Shown piece by piece: positions 33,406 through 43,068 of a stretch of DNA of 64,000 nt. Made by a program: the position numbers and the translations under genes. Source of the DNA: Corallochytrium limacisporum Hawaii (taxonomy: Eukaryota; Protista; Pluriformea); NCBI GenBank assembly GCA_002811645.1, contig PDIP01000041.1, positions 1 through 64,000 of the forward strand, read 5' to 3'. How positions within the stretch are numbered: the stretch's first letter is position 1; the number at the start of each line of letters is the position of its first letter. Below the pieces are notes generated by a model. It saw only the letters and a list, made by a program, of their open reading frames with translations, was not told the origin of the DNA and did not search any database.

Positions 33406-36400
33406 ATGACCAGCAAGAAAACTCCAGTTCAGCTGGAAAGAGTCAGGGTAGTGGCTCGCTTGAGGCCACTGTTAGAGAAGGAAAAGGTCCGTAGGAGGAT
33501 CGTATGTTGTCTGGCGGACCCCGAAGCCTCTACCATTCAGCTCGGTGAAGAACGTACTTTCGCCTTTGACGGTGTCTTCAATGACGAGGGTTCTCAAGAA
33601 TATGTTTATGAAACCGAGATAAGTCCCATTGTACGATCGTTTATCAAAGGGCGGAATTGTACCATTTTCGCCTATGGCCAGACCGGATCCGGCAAAACGT
33701 ATACAGTGCTAGGACCTCCGGAGCTCATCGTACGGAATCCGCCCAAGAGCCTGCAAAACAGTCCTGCGCAGGAGCGTTCGATTGCCAGAGGATCAGAATC
33801 AGGTGAAGAAAATGAGCTGGAAATGTCTAAACAGGAGCGGTCAGCGTCGGCATCGCTACTCGATGCCCAATGGCAGGCGGAGATGGGAATGCTTGGGAGA
33901 GCATTGCGGGAGGTCATGGATCTGTGTCATGATGACATGCACTTTGATGAGCTCAATGTGGACCAAGAGGCCGAAGACACTGATCAATCTGATACGGTTG
34001 GCAAGTTGAAGCGCCAAAAGGTAAGCTTGACGCTTCACATAAGCTGTCTCGAAATCTACCAGGAGAGCTTGAGAGATCTCCTGGACCCTGCACTGGAGGA
34101 GGGAAATCTGACCAAGGGCGGTACAGGGTCACATGTTGGGTTCGGTAGTGGCACAAGTCGTCATCCTGGGTCCAAATTTCAGCATTTAGGCAGTGATGGC
34201 AAGGAACGTAATATTCGTCTCCACGAAATGCGTAATGGTGAGGTAACTGTGACAGGTGTTAGCCAACATGAGATTCGGAACTACAAAGATGCGGCTTCGA
34301 TCCTGGAACGAGCCCTCCTGGCCCGTTCAACATCCTCAACAGGGATGAATGAAATGTCAAGTCGAAGTCACGGCGTGTTTATCATAACGATGAGGAAGAT
34401 AGAGCATATGAGTAACGGAGATGAGATCCATACTTCATGCAAGTTACACGTTATGGATCTTGCAGGTTCCGAGCGTCAGGCTCGGACTGGCAATGTGGGT
34501 ACTCGTTTCAAGGAATCGGTCAGCATCAACAGTGGGCTGCTGGCCCTGGGCAATGTTATCAATGCACTAGCATCAGACAGTGCAGCGGATAAGGAGAATC
34601 AGGTCAGCGGCACAGGTCGACATGTGCCTTACCGGGACTCGAAACTGACCCGCTTACTAAAAGGCAGTCTCGGTGGAGGATGTCATACACTAATGATTGC
34701 TTGCCTCTCCCCAGCCGATGTTGACTACGAGGAAAACCTATCGACCATGAAATATGCCAGTCGGGCTCTGAGCATCAAAAATAAGGTGGTCGTGCGGTCC
34801 AAGGTCAAACGGCATATTGAGCGCAGCCCATCTTCCAAAGAGCTTGTCGACAAAGTCAAAGATGCCGCACCAAGTGCCGCATACATGGCTCGCAAACTCG
34901 GCCTGGCAGCTGCTGGTGGCGAGGGCATGGACCTTACGGATATGGAGCTCAGTGCAGAATTGCAACAGTGGCTGCAAGCAGAGGAGAACCGGCCATTCTT
35001 GCGAGAAATCAAAGTCCGAGAAATCCGCAGTGTTAATCTGTACCGCACTGTGCAGCTGCTTGAGCGAGAGAATCAGCAACTGAGAAGCCTCGTTGAGGAG
35101 CTACAGGGCTGTGCCAACGAAACCGCAACCGAAGCAGAGACAACAGCGGTACAAAAGGAAACCAACGATGATGATCAGATCAGTGTGAATGACCGCTCTG
35201 CTGTCACCGGCACCCCTGATCTCGACGTGACCCACATCGTACATACGGAGTCCACAAATCAGTCTTTCGAGGAGCCCGAGCAGCGACGCAAGGAAAAAAC
35301 TTTCCTAATGGATAGACTGACCGCCCTAAGCCATCAGAATGCAGCCGTCTGGCGGTCGTTGCAGGCACTCTTTGGCCTGGCTCTGGAGCTCTTTCCACTC
35401 TTGCGCTCATCTGTGGACATGGAAGCAAATCCCAATCTGCACCCACAGGTTAGGGCCATGGAAGACTTTTGTATGTCACTCACCTACGATGGGCACGAGC
35501 TGCGCACCCCGGAGGACCTTGCAACCGAGAATGCCTATGCTGATGTCATGACCTCTTCGCCGAGTGACAAGGTCCGTCCGTCCGCAGAGTTGCGGCCGAC
35601 GACTTCGCCGGGCATCAACGACCGGCCAACTACGGACACGGAAGACCGCGGCACACCTACGGGTGGGCCCGCAAGCATGGACGCCCGTAGGTATCAACTC
35701 CAGATTTTTCACCTGCAGGAGGCCCTGCGAGAGGCCCATGAAGATCTGCAGCGCGATGAGGAAATCTTCGCGGACCGTCAGAAAGACTTTGCAGAACTTC
35801 GCCGGGAGAATGAAAGACTTCAGCGTATAATTGCGGCGATGACAAACCGGCCTCCGGGCGCCATCACTCCCGGACCTAATCGCATGTCACCATTACGAGA
35901 CAATCAGCGGGCCCTGGCCAGTCAGAGCGCCCCGGCGCGGCCACTGGTGGTCATGAACACGCTCGCTCGTAGAATGAGTGAGCAGCTCGAGAACAATGAC
36001 GTCGTGGAATTTGACGCAAGCTTGAACCAGGACACCCTGCATCGAGCGCAGACTGCGGCTCCTGAGTATGGCCGGTCTGCCGAGGATCCGGCTTTGGAGG
36101 TTGCGCAAGAAGTTGGGGATGAGATTGAGGACTACATGGAGCGGCGGCGCCAACTCGGCAAACTCGCCCAAGAACTGCAAGAGCGTGAGAAAATGCTGAA
36201 GCGACGCGAGCAGCTGGTCAGCGAGCGTGAGGCACTGCTACAGAAAAGTCGGGAGGTACGGAGCCAGCAGCACGATATCTCCGGTGCAGGAGCGGCAGCA
36301 GATGGGACAATACACTCGAGGAATCGACCCACGACGGCCATGGACGTTCCTCGGCCCCTCGGTAATGTCAGTGTGGACTCTGCTTTGGTTTGCAACAAGC

Positions 36401-37248
36401 ACGTTGCTGGTGAAACCGATGACGATGGAGACCCTCTTGAAGGGCCCCCATTCGACGCGTCAGAGTCTGTCAATGACGCGTGTCTGCGCAAAAAGTTACA
36501 TCGTCTGGTGTCTGAGCGCGACCTTCTGGCACTGCAACATGAAGGACAGATGGACCCGGAGCTGCAGGGACAGCTGCAGGACATTGACGACGAAATAGAA
36601 GCGCTGGAAGACCACCTAAGCTTCAAAACAAAAACCATTGACCAACGCAGTCAGGTTCTGGCGATGACACAGCAGCAAACGGCGCCCAGTGCAACCCAAA
36701 GGGTGGCCCATACCACCGCCAGTGGCTCTCTGGCCAATGCTGACGTCATGCTGCACATTGACCGCATCGACGAGAAACAGGCCAAGCTCCTGCTGAAGCA
36801 GTACGTTGAAAAAGTTGTCGAACTTCGTGAGGACCGCCAGGGCCTAGAAGACCAGCTTCGGGAAGCGGAACTGCGGATTGAGGGCGCCAGACGGGACGCT
36901 GAAACTGAGAAGCGGCGTTCAGCAATTGCGCAAAAGGACCTGCAAAAGCAACAGATGGCGCAGCAAGTGCAGAATGGGTTAGATGTGGTGCACAAGATTG
37001 ACAGCGACGAACAGGATCCGCAGTCCACACGACAGCACCGACCCATGACCACTGGAGCTATGGAAGTAACGGTCCAGTCTGCAGAGTATGGACCACACTT
37101 CCAACCACAGCTGCAGGAGATGCAGAATCGCATCGCCGACTTGGAACACCAGGTCGGCCACTACCGATCCAGGACACGCGAGCTCAAATCCAAATTGCGC
37201 GAGGTTAGGGCCTCTCAGTCAGGATCAGTGGCGCTGACGACCCGATGA
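33406..37248 (+). CDS. Kinesin-4 family motor, KIF7/KIF27 (Costal2)-like
   Basis: GQTGSGKT, SSRSH, DLAGSE, RTGNVGTRFKESVSINSGLLALGNVI, HVPYRDSKLTRLL. Tail motifs IDDEIEALEDHLSFK and LLKQYVEKVVELRE resemble the KIF7/KIF27 stalk. Confidence 0.85.
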   Translation: MTSKKTPVQLERVRVVARLRPLLEKEKVRRRIVCCLADPEASTIQLGEERTFAFDGVFNDEGSQEYVYETEISPIVRSFIKGRNCTIFAYGQTGSGKTYTVLGPPELIVRNPPKSLQNSPAQERSIARGSESGEENELEMSKQERSASASLLDAQWQAEMGMLGRALREVMDLCHDDMHFDELNVDQEAEDTDQSDTVGKLKRQKVSLTLHISCLEIYQESLRDLLDPALEEGNLTKGGTGSHVGFGSGTSRHPGSKFQHLGSDGKERNIRLHEMRNGEVTVTGVSQHEIRNYKDAASILERALLARSTSSTGMNEMSSRSHGVFIITMRKIEHMSNGDEIHTSCKLHVMDLAGSERQARTGNVGTRFKESVSINSGLLALGNVINALASDSAADKENQVSGTGRHVPYRDSKLTRLLKGSLGGGCHTLMIACLSPADVDYEENLSTMKYASRALSIKNKVVVRSKVKRHIERSPSSKELVDKVKDAAPSAAYMARKLGLAAAGGEGMDLTDMELSAELQQWLQAEENRPFLREIKVREIRSVNLYRTVQLLERENQQLRSLVEELQGCANETATEAETTAVQKETNDDDQISVNDRSAVTGTPDLDVTHIVHTESTNQSFEEPEQRRKEKTFLMDRLTALSHQNAAVWRSLQALFGLALELFPLLRSSVDMEANPNLHPQVRAMEDFCMSLTYDGHELRTPEDLATENAYADVMTSSPSDKVRPSAELRPTTSPGINDRPTTDTEDRGTPTGGPASMDARRYQLQIFHLQEALREAHEDLQRDEEIFADRQKDFAELRRENERLQRIIAAMTNRPPGAITPGPNRMSPLRDNQRALASQSAPARPLVVMNTLARRMSEQLENNDVVEFDASLNQDTLHRAQTAAPEYGRSAEDPALEVAQEVGDEIEDYMERRRQLGKLAQELQEREKMLKRREQLVSEREALLQKSREVRSQQHDISGAGAAADGTIHSRNRPTTAMDVPRPLGNVSVDSALVCNKHVAGETDDDGDPLEGPPFDASESVNDACLRKKLHRLVSERDLLALQHEGQMDPELQGQLQDIDDEIEALEDHLSFKTKTIDQRSQVLAMTQQQTAPSATQRVAHTTASGSLANADVMLHIDRIDEKQAKLLLKQYVEKVVELREDRQGLEDQLREAELRIEGARRDAETEKRRSAIAQKDLQKQQMAQQVQNGLDVVHKIDSDEQDPQSTRQHRPMTTGAMEVTVQSAEYGPHFQPQLQEMQNRIADLEHQVGHYRSRTRELKSKLREVRASQSGSVALTTR

Positions 37249-37376
37249 AGTGGTCATGCACAACCGACGGACATATATTACCTATGCGAAATCTCTGTAT
37301 GTCTTCTACGTGAACACTACTCAAGGATTGTATTGAATTTGGTTTTACATCTACTCGTAAGATTTGTTTTTGACGC

Positions 37377-38273
37377 CTATGACGAGGAAGTGGATGGTGA
37401 CGCATGTGTTTTTATCCATTTAGACAGCTCGTCTGCGAGTGCATCTAAGGAATCACTCTTTTTGAACGAATGGTCTGCACCCGCAATGACTGTGTGTTTG
37501 GCATCTGGCAGGATGGCCAAATACTCCTCCGTATCGCTCGGAGGGATCACAGCGTCCTCACCTGCCGCAATTAACAAACAATCAACCGCCGCTTTCGCCA
37601 ACGGTGCGCACGTCCGCATGTCCAGAGCCTTCTTGAATTCATAGTCTTCCTTGGTGATAGTCATGTTTACGCCTGGACGGCAGTTCTTCCATACGAAGCG
37701 ATGATTCTGTGCAGGATCTTCCAGGGCAGCCAATTGCTCAGGACTGAAGCGGCCAGCCGGTGCCTTTGTCTGGTCCCAGCGAGGGGTCAGAGCAATGATA
37801 GAGCGCAGTGGCGGTGCTTGCAATTCTGTACCATAAAGGGAAGCTCCGTAGAAGAGCACATCGGAGGCGCCCTTGGAGTGTCCCAAAAGATGTATCGGAT
37901 TCCACCCGAGGCTGACCAAGCCCTTGATCAGTGAGTCCACGTCCACCACTTCGACGTCGTATCGTCCATAGTAAAGTTCCCCTGTGCTGTCACCCATCCC
38001 ACTGAAATCGAAACGCACGGTATTTACTGTGGGCAGGCGTTTGGCGATACCGACCATGGTACCACTGTTACGTGTACTGAGGAGACCGTGGCTGAGCACG
38101 AAGCAGTCTTTAGTGGTCGGATCCTTAACATCGATGGTTACTGCAAGCATGGCATCCGTCTTTGGATTCCGCACTTGGATGTCCAGCACCGGCCATCCGA
38201 TGCTCGTGTCGCTGTGTTCCTTGTCCTCCGGAGCGGTCCGTGGCGTTTCCGGGAGCTTGGGTACTGTGTTCAT
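37377..38273 (-). CDS. Alpha/beta hydrolase (Hydrolase_4 / serine aminopeptidase-like esterase)
   Basis: HG motif, RFDFSG.GDS.G, GHSKG nucleophile, GED.VIP, GADH; ATG at 38273. Confidence 0.88.
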   Translation of the reverse strand: MNTVPKLPETPRTAPEDKEHSDTSIGWPVLDIQVRNPKTDAMLAVTIDVKDPTTKDCFVLSHGLLSTRNSGTMVGIAKRLPTVNTVRFDFSGMGDSTGELYYGRYDVEVVDVDSLIKGLVSLGWNPIHLLGHSKGASDVLFYGASLYGTELQAPPLRSIIALTPRWDQTKAPAGRFSPEQLAALEDPAQNHRFVWKNCRPGVNMTITKEDYEFKKALDMRTCAPLAKAAVDCLLIAAGEDAVIPPSDTEEYLAILPDAKHTVIAGADHSFKKSDSLDALADELSKWIKTHASPSTSSS

Positions 38274-38399
38274 GGTTACCTGATTCACTAAACCACAACC
38301 TAGTCGTATGTGGCACTATGCCTCGCCCTTAAAGATCATACACTGCATACAATTGGTGATCAAAGTAAACTACCTTTGGATCGACTAGTTCCCCCATAT

Positions 38400-40110
38400 A
38401 CAGCGTAGTTCTTTTCCCTGAGCAACAGGCCCAGACTGTCCCGTGACGCTTGAGAGGCTGGCGGACAGGGTGCGTGTGTCCCTGTCTCTGTGTGTGTGTG
38501 TGTGTGTGTGGGCCCGCCCCTTGCCCCGGGCACACAGTGGCCAAAGGCCGAGAATTTTTTTTTCCTTCTTCTCTTTTCTCCTTTCCTTTTTTCTTCTGCC
38601 CTTCACACAAGACCCGTCCCCCACCCCCGGGGAGGGGGGGTGCTCTGGGTCTCGGGCAGGAGGGGTAGGAGGGGGAACGGTTGCCCGTGGTTCTTTAATG
38701 CTTTCCCCGTGGCTCTCTCTCCTCCCCCCACCCCCCGGGGGGGGAGGCCCGCTTCGGTCGAGGAGAGAGAGGGAGGGGAGGGAGAGTATTTTTCTTTCTT
38801 GTTTTTTTTTTTTGGGCCCCGATTTCTGGTCGTCCGTTCCACAAAGAAAAAAAAAAAGGAATATTAAAAATAAGCGGCGGTGGTGGTGTATACCTGCCCC
38901 AACTGAGACCAAGCCACCCTCCCTCCACCTCTCCCAAAAAAAATGAAATAGACAACGAAACCTCCAAGGGCCCCCGACCCGCACAGGTGGGCTAAGGACG
39001 GGAGTAGCAGAATATTTTTTACCTCTTTTTAAGTTCTTTGTTTCCTTTCGTTTTCTCACTTTCTTCTAGTGCTGCGACTTGCCACGGTGGTGTCCTGGTC
39101 CGGGGCGGCGTGTTGTGTACAAAACATTTGTCCAAGCTTTTAAGTTGTGGTGCAGAAAGGAAAAAAATCGGTTCATTTCCCATACACAAAGGCCAAGAGA
39201 GTTCCAACCCCACCCCTTCCTTTTGTCGTTGCTCTGCCTTGTCTCTCTGTCTCTTTTTATATACATTTTCTTTCTATTTTCTTTCCCCCCCTTCGCTCTC
39301 CTCCGCCTTTGTGTGTGTTCTCTCTCCCTTGCCTCAATGCACGTGAATGGGCTTTCCCTCTTCTTTAAAAACTCATACAAACGGGTCTTCGGTGTCGGCA
39401 TGCCTGCCGTAGCTGAGGGGCGGTGGCGCCTCGCGACCGGGGTTGGTTACAATACATAAAAAACAGAAAAATAAAAACTTCCCAAATCATCAGAGCCCCC
39501 CCCGTCCCTTCGCCCCTGGGGGGGGTGGGCCCTCACCTCTCTCACTCAGTCTGGCGGAGAAAGAGAGAGAGAGCGAGAGCGATGCTGCACTCCGGCAGCG
39601 TTGAAACACACACCAAAAAAAAGAAAAGGAGAAACGGCGGTTTTCCTTTTGTCTTTTCAATTTCAAAACGATTACGAATTGTTGGTAGGGGAGGTACACC
39701 GCCGCCCGGGGCCTCCGCGCTAACGAGAGAAAGAAAAGACTGGGAGGGGAGGGAGGCCGGGAGCAGGAGGTTGAGAGAGAGAGAGAGGGAGGGTTTTGTT
39801 TCCCGTAATACCCCGCCAAGCACCAAGCACCAGCCAAAGCAGCAACCAAAAAAAAAACAAAAGGAAAAAGTTAAAAAAAAAACAGAAAGGACAGATTTAA
39901 AAAAGTCCCGGATATAAAATCCAAAACCTCTCGTCGAATACGAGCGGTTTGAACGTGCTATTTTAAAAAAAACAAATAAATAAATTTTTTTTTGGAGACT
40001 CTGACTGTTTGAGCCCCAAATACACACGACCACGGGCACGCGCCCTCGCACACAGGCGAAACAATCCCCGCCCCCCCCCCCCCGGGGGGGGGGGCCGGGG
40101 AGGGAAATCA
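38400..40110. repeat. Large low-complexity island ((GT)n, (GA)n, A/T and G/C homopolymers)
   Basis: (GT)n ~38489-38510, long T and A runs, C6G8 at 38731-38744, C13G11 at 40071-40094. Confidence 0.9.
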
Positions 40111-40318
40111 ATTTGACAGTCGGCAGTGTGCAGAGCTCGCCGAAGGATTTCTACTATATCACGGAGGAGCCATTCTTCGGGGAGGGCTTCCCAGTTAGCT
40201 CTCGCCTAGGCCTCGCCACTGAATGAACGGCACGGTGAAGATCGTAGGAGGACTCCTCATGGCGACCACATACGGCGATTTTATTACAAAGGATCTCTGT
40301 ATTAAGTTCCTAAGCTGA

Positions 40319-41338
40319 CTACAAGGGACGCATTGCTTCTGCAGCCTTCTCCGCCGTTATATCGCGTGAAAGGTCAGCCAAGAGCTCATAGCCGGCCATA
40401 AACTTCTTGACTGTGGCGCTGCGCAGCAGCGGCGGGTAAAAGTGGAAGTGGAAGTGAAAAGTGCCATCCACATCGTGCACTTTAGGCGCCTGATGAATAC
40501 CCATAGCATAAGGAAATCGCGTGCTGAACAATTTGTCGTACTTTTCACAAATTTCCCGTAGAAGCTGACTCAAGCTGTGAGTCTCATCACTGGAGATGTC
40601 CTGAACATTGCCAAAGTGTCTTGTACTCATCACCAGGATCTCAAAAGGCCAGTACGCCCAGAAAGGGACCACAGCCACAAAATGCTGATTCTGACTCACG
40701 ATACGCACCTTTTCTGCGACTTCAAGTTCCATGTACGAGCACATAATACACTGTCCCCTCTCCTTGTGGTGCTTCTGGAACTGGATGACCTCTAGATTGA
40801 TCTCCTCAGGGCAGTGTTCTGTGGCCCAGATTTGACCATGAGGATGAGGATTACTGCATCCCATGACAGCGCCCTTATTCTCAAAAATTTGCACCCAGGG
40901 ATATTTCCCTTCCAAGGCCTCCGTCTCTTTCTTCCAAGTTTGAATCACCTCCCCGAGTTCCTCATCCGAAAGACTCTTGATGTCTTTATTGTGCTGCGGG
41001 GAAAAGCAAACTACGCGACAGGTACCAGTCACTCCTTCTGCCTTTATCAGGCCATTTCGGTCATACCCAGCGCCAGCAGTATCATTGGGGATCACGGCCG
41101 CAAAGTCATTGGTAAACACAAACGTCGAGTTGTACTTTTCATTCTTCGAGCCATTAGAGCGTGTGTTTCCGGGGCAGAGGTAGCAGTTTGGGTCGTAGTC
41201 AGGGCGGTCATCGGCCTGAGTCTTCTCTTTTTGTCCTTGCCATGGCCTCTGCAGCCTGTGTGGAGAACAGAGGATCCACCTCCCGGTCAAAATATTGAGT
41301 CGTCGATGCGGCTGTGTGGTGATGTCTAAGCCAGCCAT
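40319..41338 (-). CDS. galT: Galactose-1-phosphate uridylyltransferase (class I)
   Basis: HRRLN.LTG.W.L.SPHR..RPWQG, CYLCPGN, FTNDF, ENKG..MGCSNPHPHGQ (HPH active site), YPPLLRSATVKKF..GYE. Confidence 0.97.
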   Translation of the reverse strand: MAGLDITTQPHRRLNILTGRWILCSPHRLQRPWQGQKEKTQADDRPDYDPNCYLCPGNTRSNGSKNEKYNSTFVFTNDFAAVIPNDTAGAGYDRNGLIKAEGVTGTCRVVCFSPQHNKDIKSLSDEELGEVIQTWKKETEALEGKYPWVQIFENKGAVMGCSNPHPHGQIWATEHCPEEINLEVIQFQKHHKERGQCIMCSYMELEVAEKVRIVSQNQHFVAVVPFWAYWPFEILVMSTRHFGNVQDISSDETHSLSQLLREICEKYDKLFSTRFPYAMGIHQAPKVHDVDGTFHFHFHFYPPLLRSATVKKFMAGYELLADLSRDITAEKAAEAMRPL

Positions 41339-41599
41339 GATGATACTACCGTGAGGACAAAAGGAATGAGTTCAATTAACTATGGATACAAGCCTTTATG
41401 GCTCTTTAATGTGATAGTCACCTGAGTGTTATAAGTACGTAGTCGTCGACTTCTATGAAAGCCATGAAAAGCATAAGTTTACTGTTCGACAGCCCACAAA
41501 CCCGTCCCTACCCGCATTTCCTTGTCTCACAGTCGCATGGGGCTGCACAAGTAGCGCCTCAGAGTTTTGCTTCCTGGAGCAGATCGCTAATTTCTTATT

Positions 41600-42710
41600 G
41601 TTTCGTAATGGATTCTACACAACTCGGTTCACAACCAATTCCGGGAGCGAAGGGGAAGTGAAGGAGAGCGAATGGGAAAACATTGAACACGGAGGGAAAC
41701 CGCTACCTTGTGAAAGACTGGTCGAGGTGTGTGACATTCTGTAGCGAACCAATCGGTGGTTTCTCAGATGGGAACGCTTCGAGATTCTCTGGACACCGAA
41801 AGTGGAAGGGACCATCGCTTGCCATACCGGGAACAATCGATGTTTGTGCTGTTGTCAAAGATATGTGAATTGATCGCATAGGCTTGAACTTCACCGTCTG
41901 CGATTCCACTCAGGCTGAACCTTCGAACCTTCTGTCAGAATATGCGACAATTGTTAGATCGTGAGCTGAACGCCGGTTCTCATGTGGCGTGACGCCGCAA
42001 CAGAGTGGACATGGAACAAGAAGAGGAACATCCAGGCATGTGAGACGGTCCATTAATGCCGCTCCCCTTTGCGATGCCAGTAACTTGATGACGCCCTCCA
42101 CTGTAAGTGTGTATTTGATGTGTACTGTTCCAACAAGAAGCAACAACCACATGCTATGACTTGTCCACAAGTTAGAGGTTAGTGTGAGGTTGCCAAGATT
42201 GTTATTGAGCCAATACCTTTCAACGAATATGGTACATGATGTGACCACCGGGAACAATTCACCCGGAAGAGGAAGAGCAGTAAGTAGAACACAGGCATGC
42301 GAATGTCCCGACACTGGCTAAATGTGCATGATGGAGAATGATGTGCTATCTTACAGTTACATCCTCCTTTGACATGCATGTGAAAATGTAGAGAGGACCC
42401 CTGGAAGCAGAGCACAGCGGTAGAACAGTTGTTGCTGCCATTCCTGAATTCGGGCGACAACAGACATCGGGGTGGTTTTGGCAACGCCCCCCTCCTGGTC
42501 GGGTCCCTTATGGAATATGGCCGAGTTTTCCCTCCCAAAAAGTCCTGCCCCTGATATTCGTTTCCCTGTTAGATAGCTGTTCCCTCCCATATGCCTCACC
42601 AGCAACAGTATGACTATTAGAAACATATCTTCTTCTTACCAGACCCTTGAATTGTTTCACCCAGGAGGGATGGAGGCTGTCAATTTCTTGGTTGGCCCCC
42701 ACTGGTAGTA
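41600..42710 (-). pseudogene. Degenerate leucine-rich-repeat gene remnant
   Basis: Fragments in shifting frames with stops: WVKQFKGL, CVLLTALPLPGELF, NNLGNLTLTSN, LMDRLTCLDV, KVRRFSLSG, LQNVTHLDQSFT; similar to the 51020-51780 remnant. Confidence 0.5.
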
Positions 42711-43068
42711 TCCTAGTTTTGACAGAACGGAAAGACCGACGTCTACTGCTGAACGATAGGTGAGGCCCGCAAGTCTTCGGTGCTGTTTCTCACCCTTCGT
42801 GCGTTTTCTGCACCAAGGGGAAGAGTACTTTGCGCCTACCAGCCCACAGCGTCCTCACATTCATCTCACTCCCATTGTCCCCGCAGACGTACTTGAGGCA
42901 TCTAGTCCCTCGAGGTATAATTTCAACAGCTCATATTTATATTCCAAACAGTGAATCGAATAGTTAAGGACTTGATTCGCACCATACAAGTAAATGGCGT
43001 TGTGAAATAGGACCGAACTTGAGCGTGTCGGAAAATTTGACCCTGAATTTGCAGTACTTAAGACAGCT

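Noticed and set aside
38329-40111. ORFs in the 38-40 kb island
   Set aside because: Low-complexity translations of homopolymers and dinucleotide repeats.
40319-41338. galT as a horizontal transfer
   Set aside because: The Zn-binding CxxC form also occurs in fungal Gal7; cannot be decided without a tree.
41910-41912. In-frame TGA as selenocysteine
   Set aside because: The region also has TAG stops and frameshifts, and no selenoprotein motif or evident SECIS; pseudogene decay is simpler.
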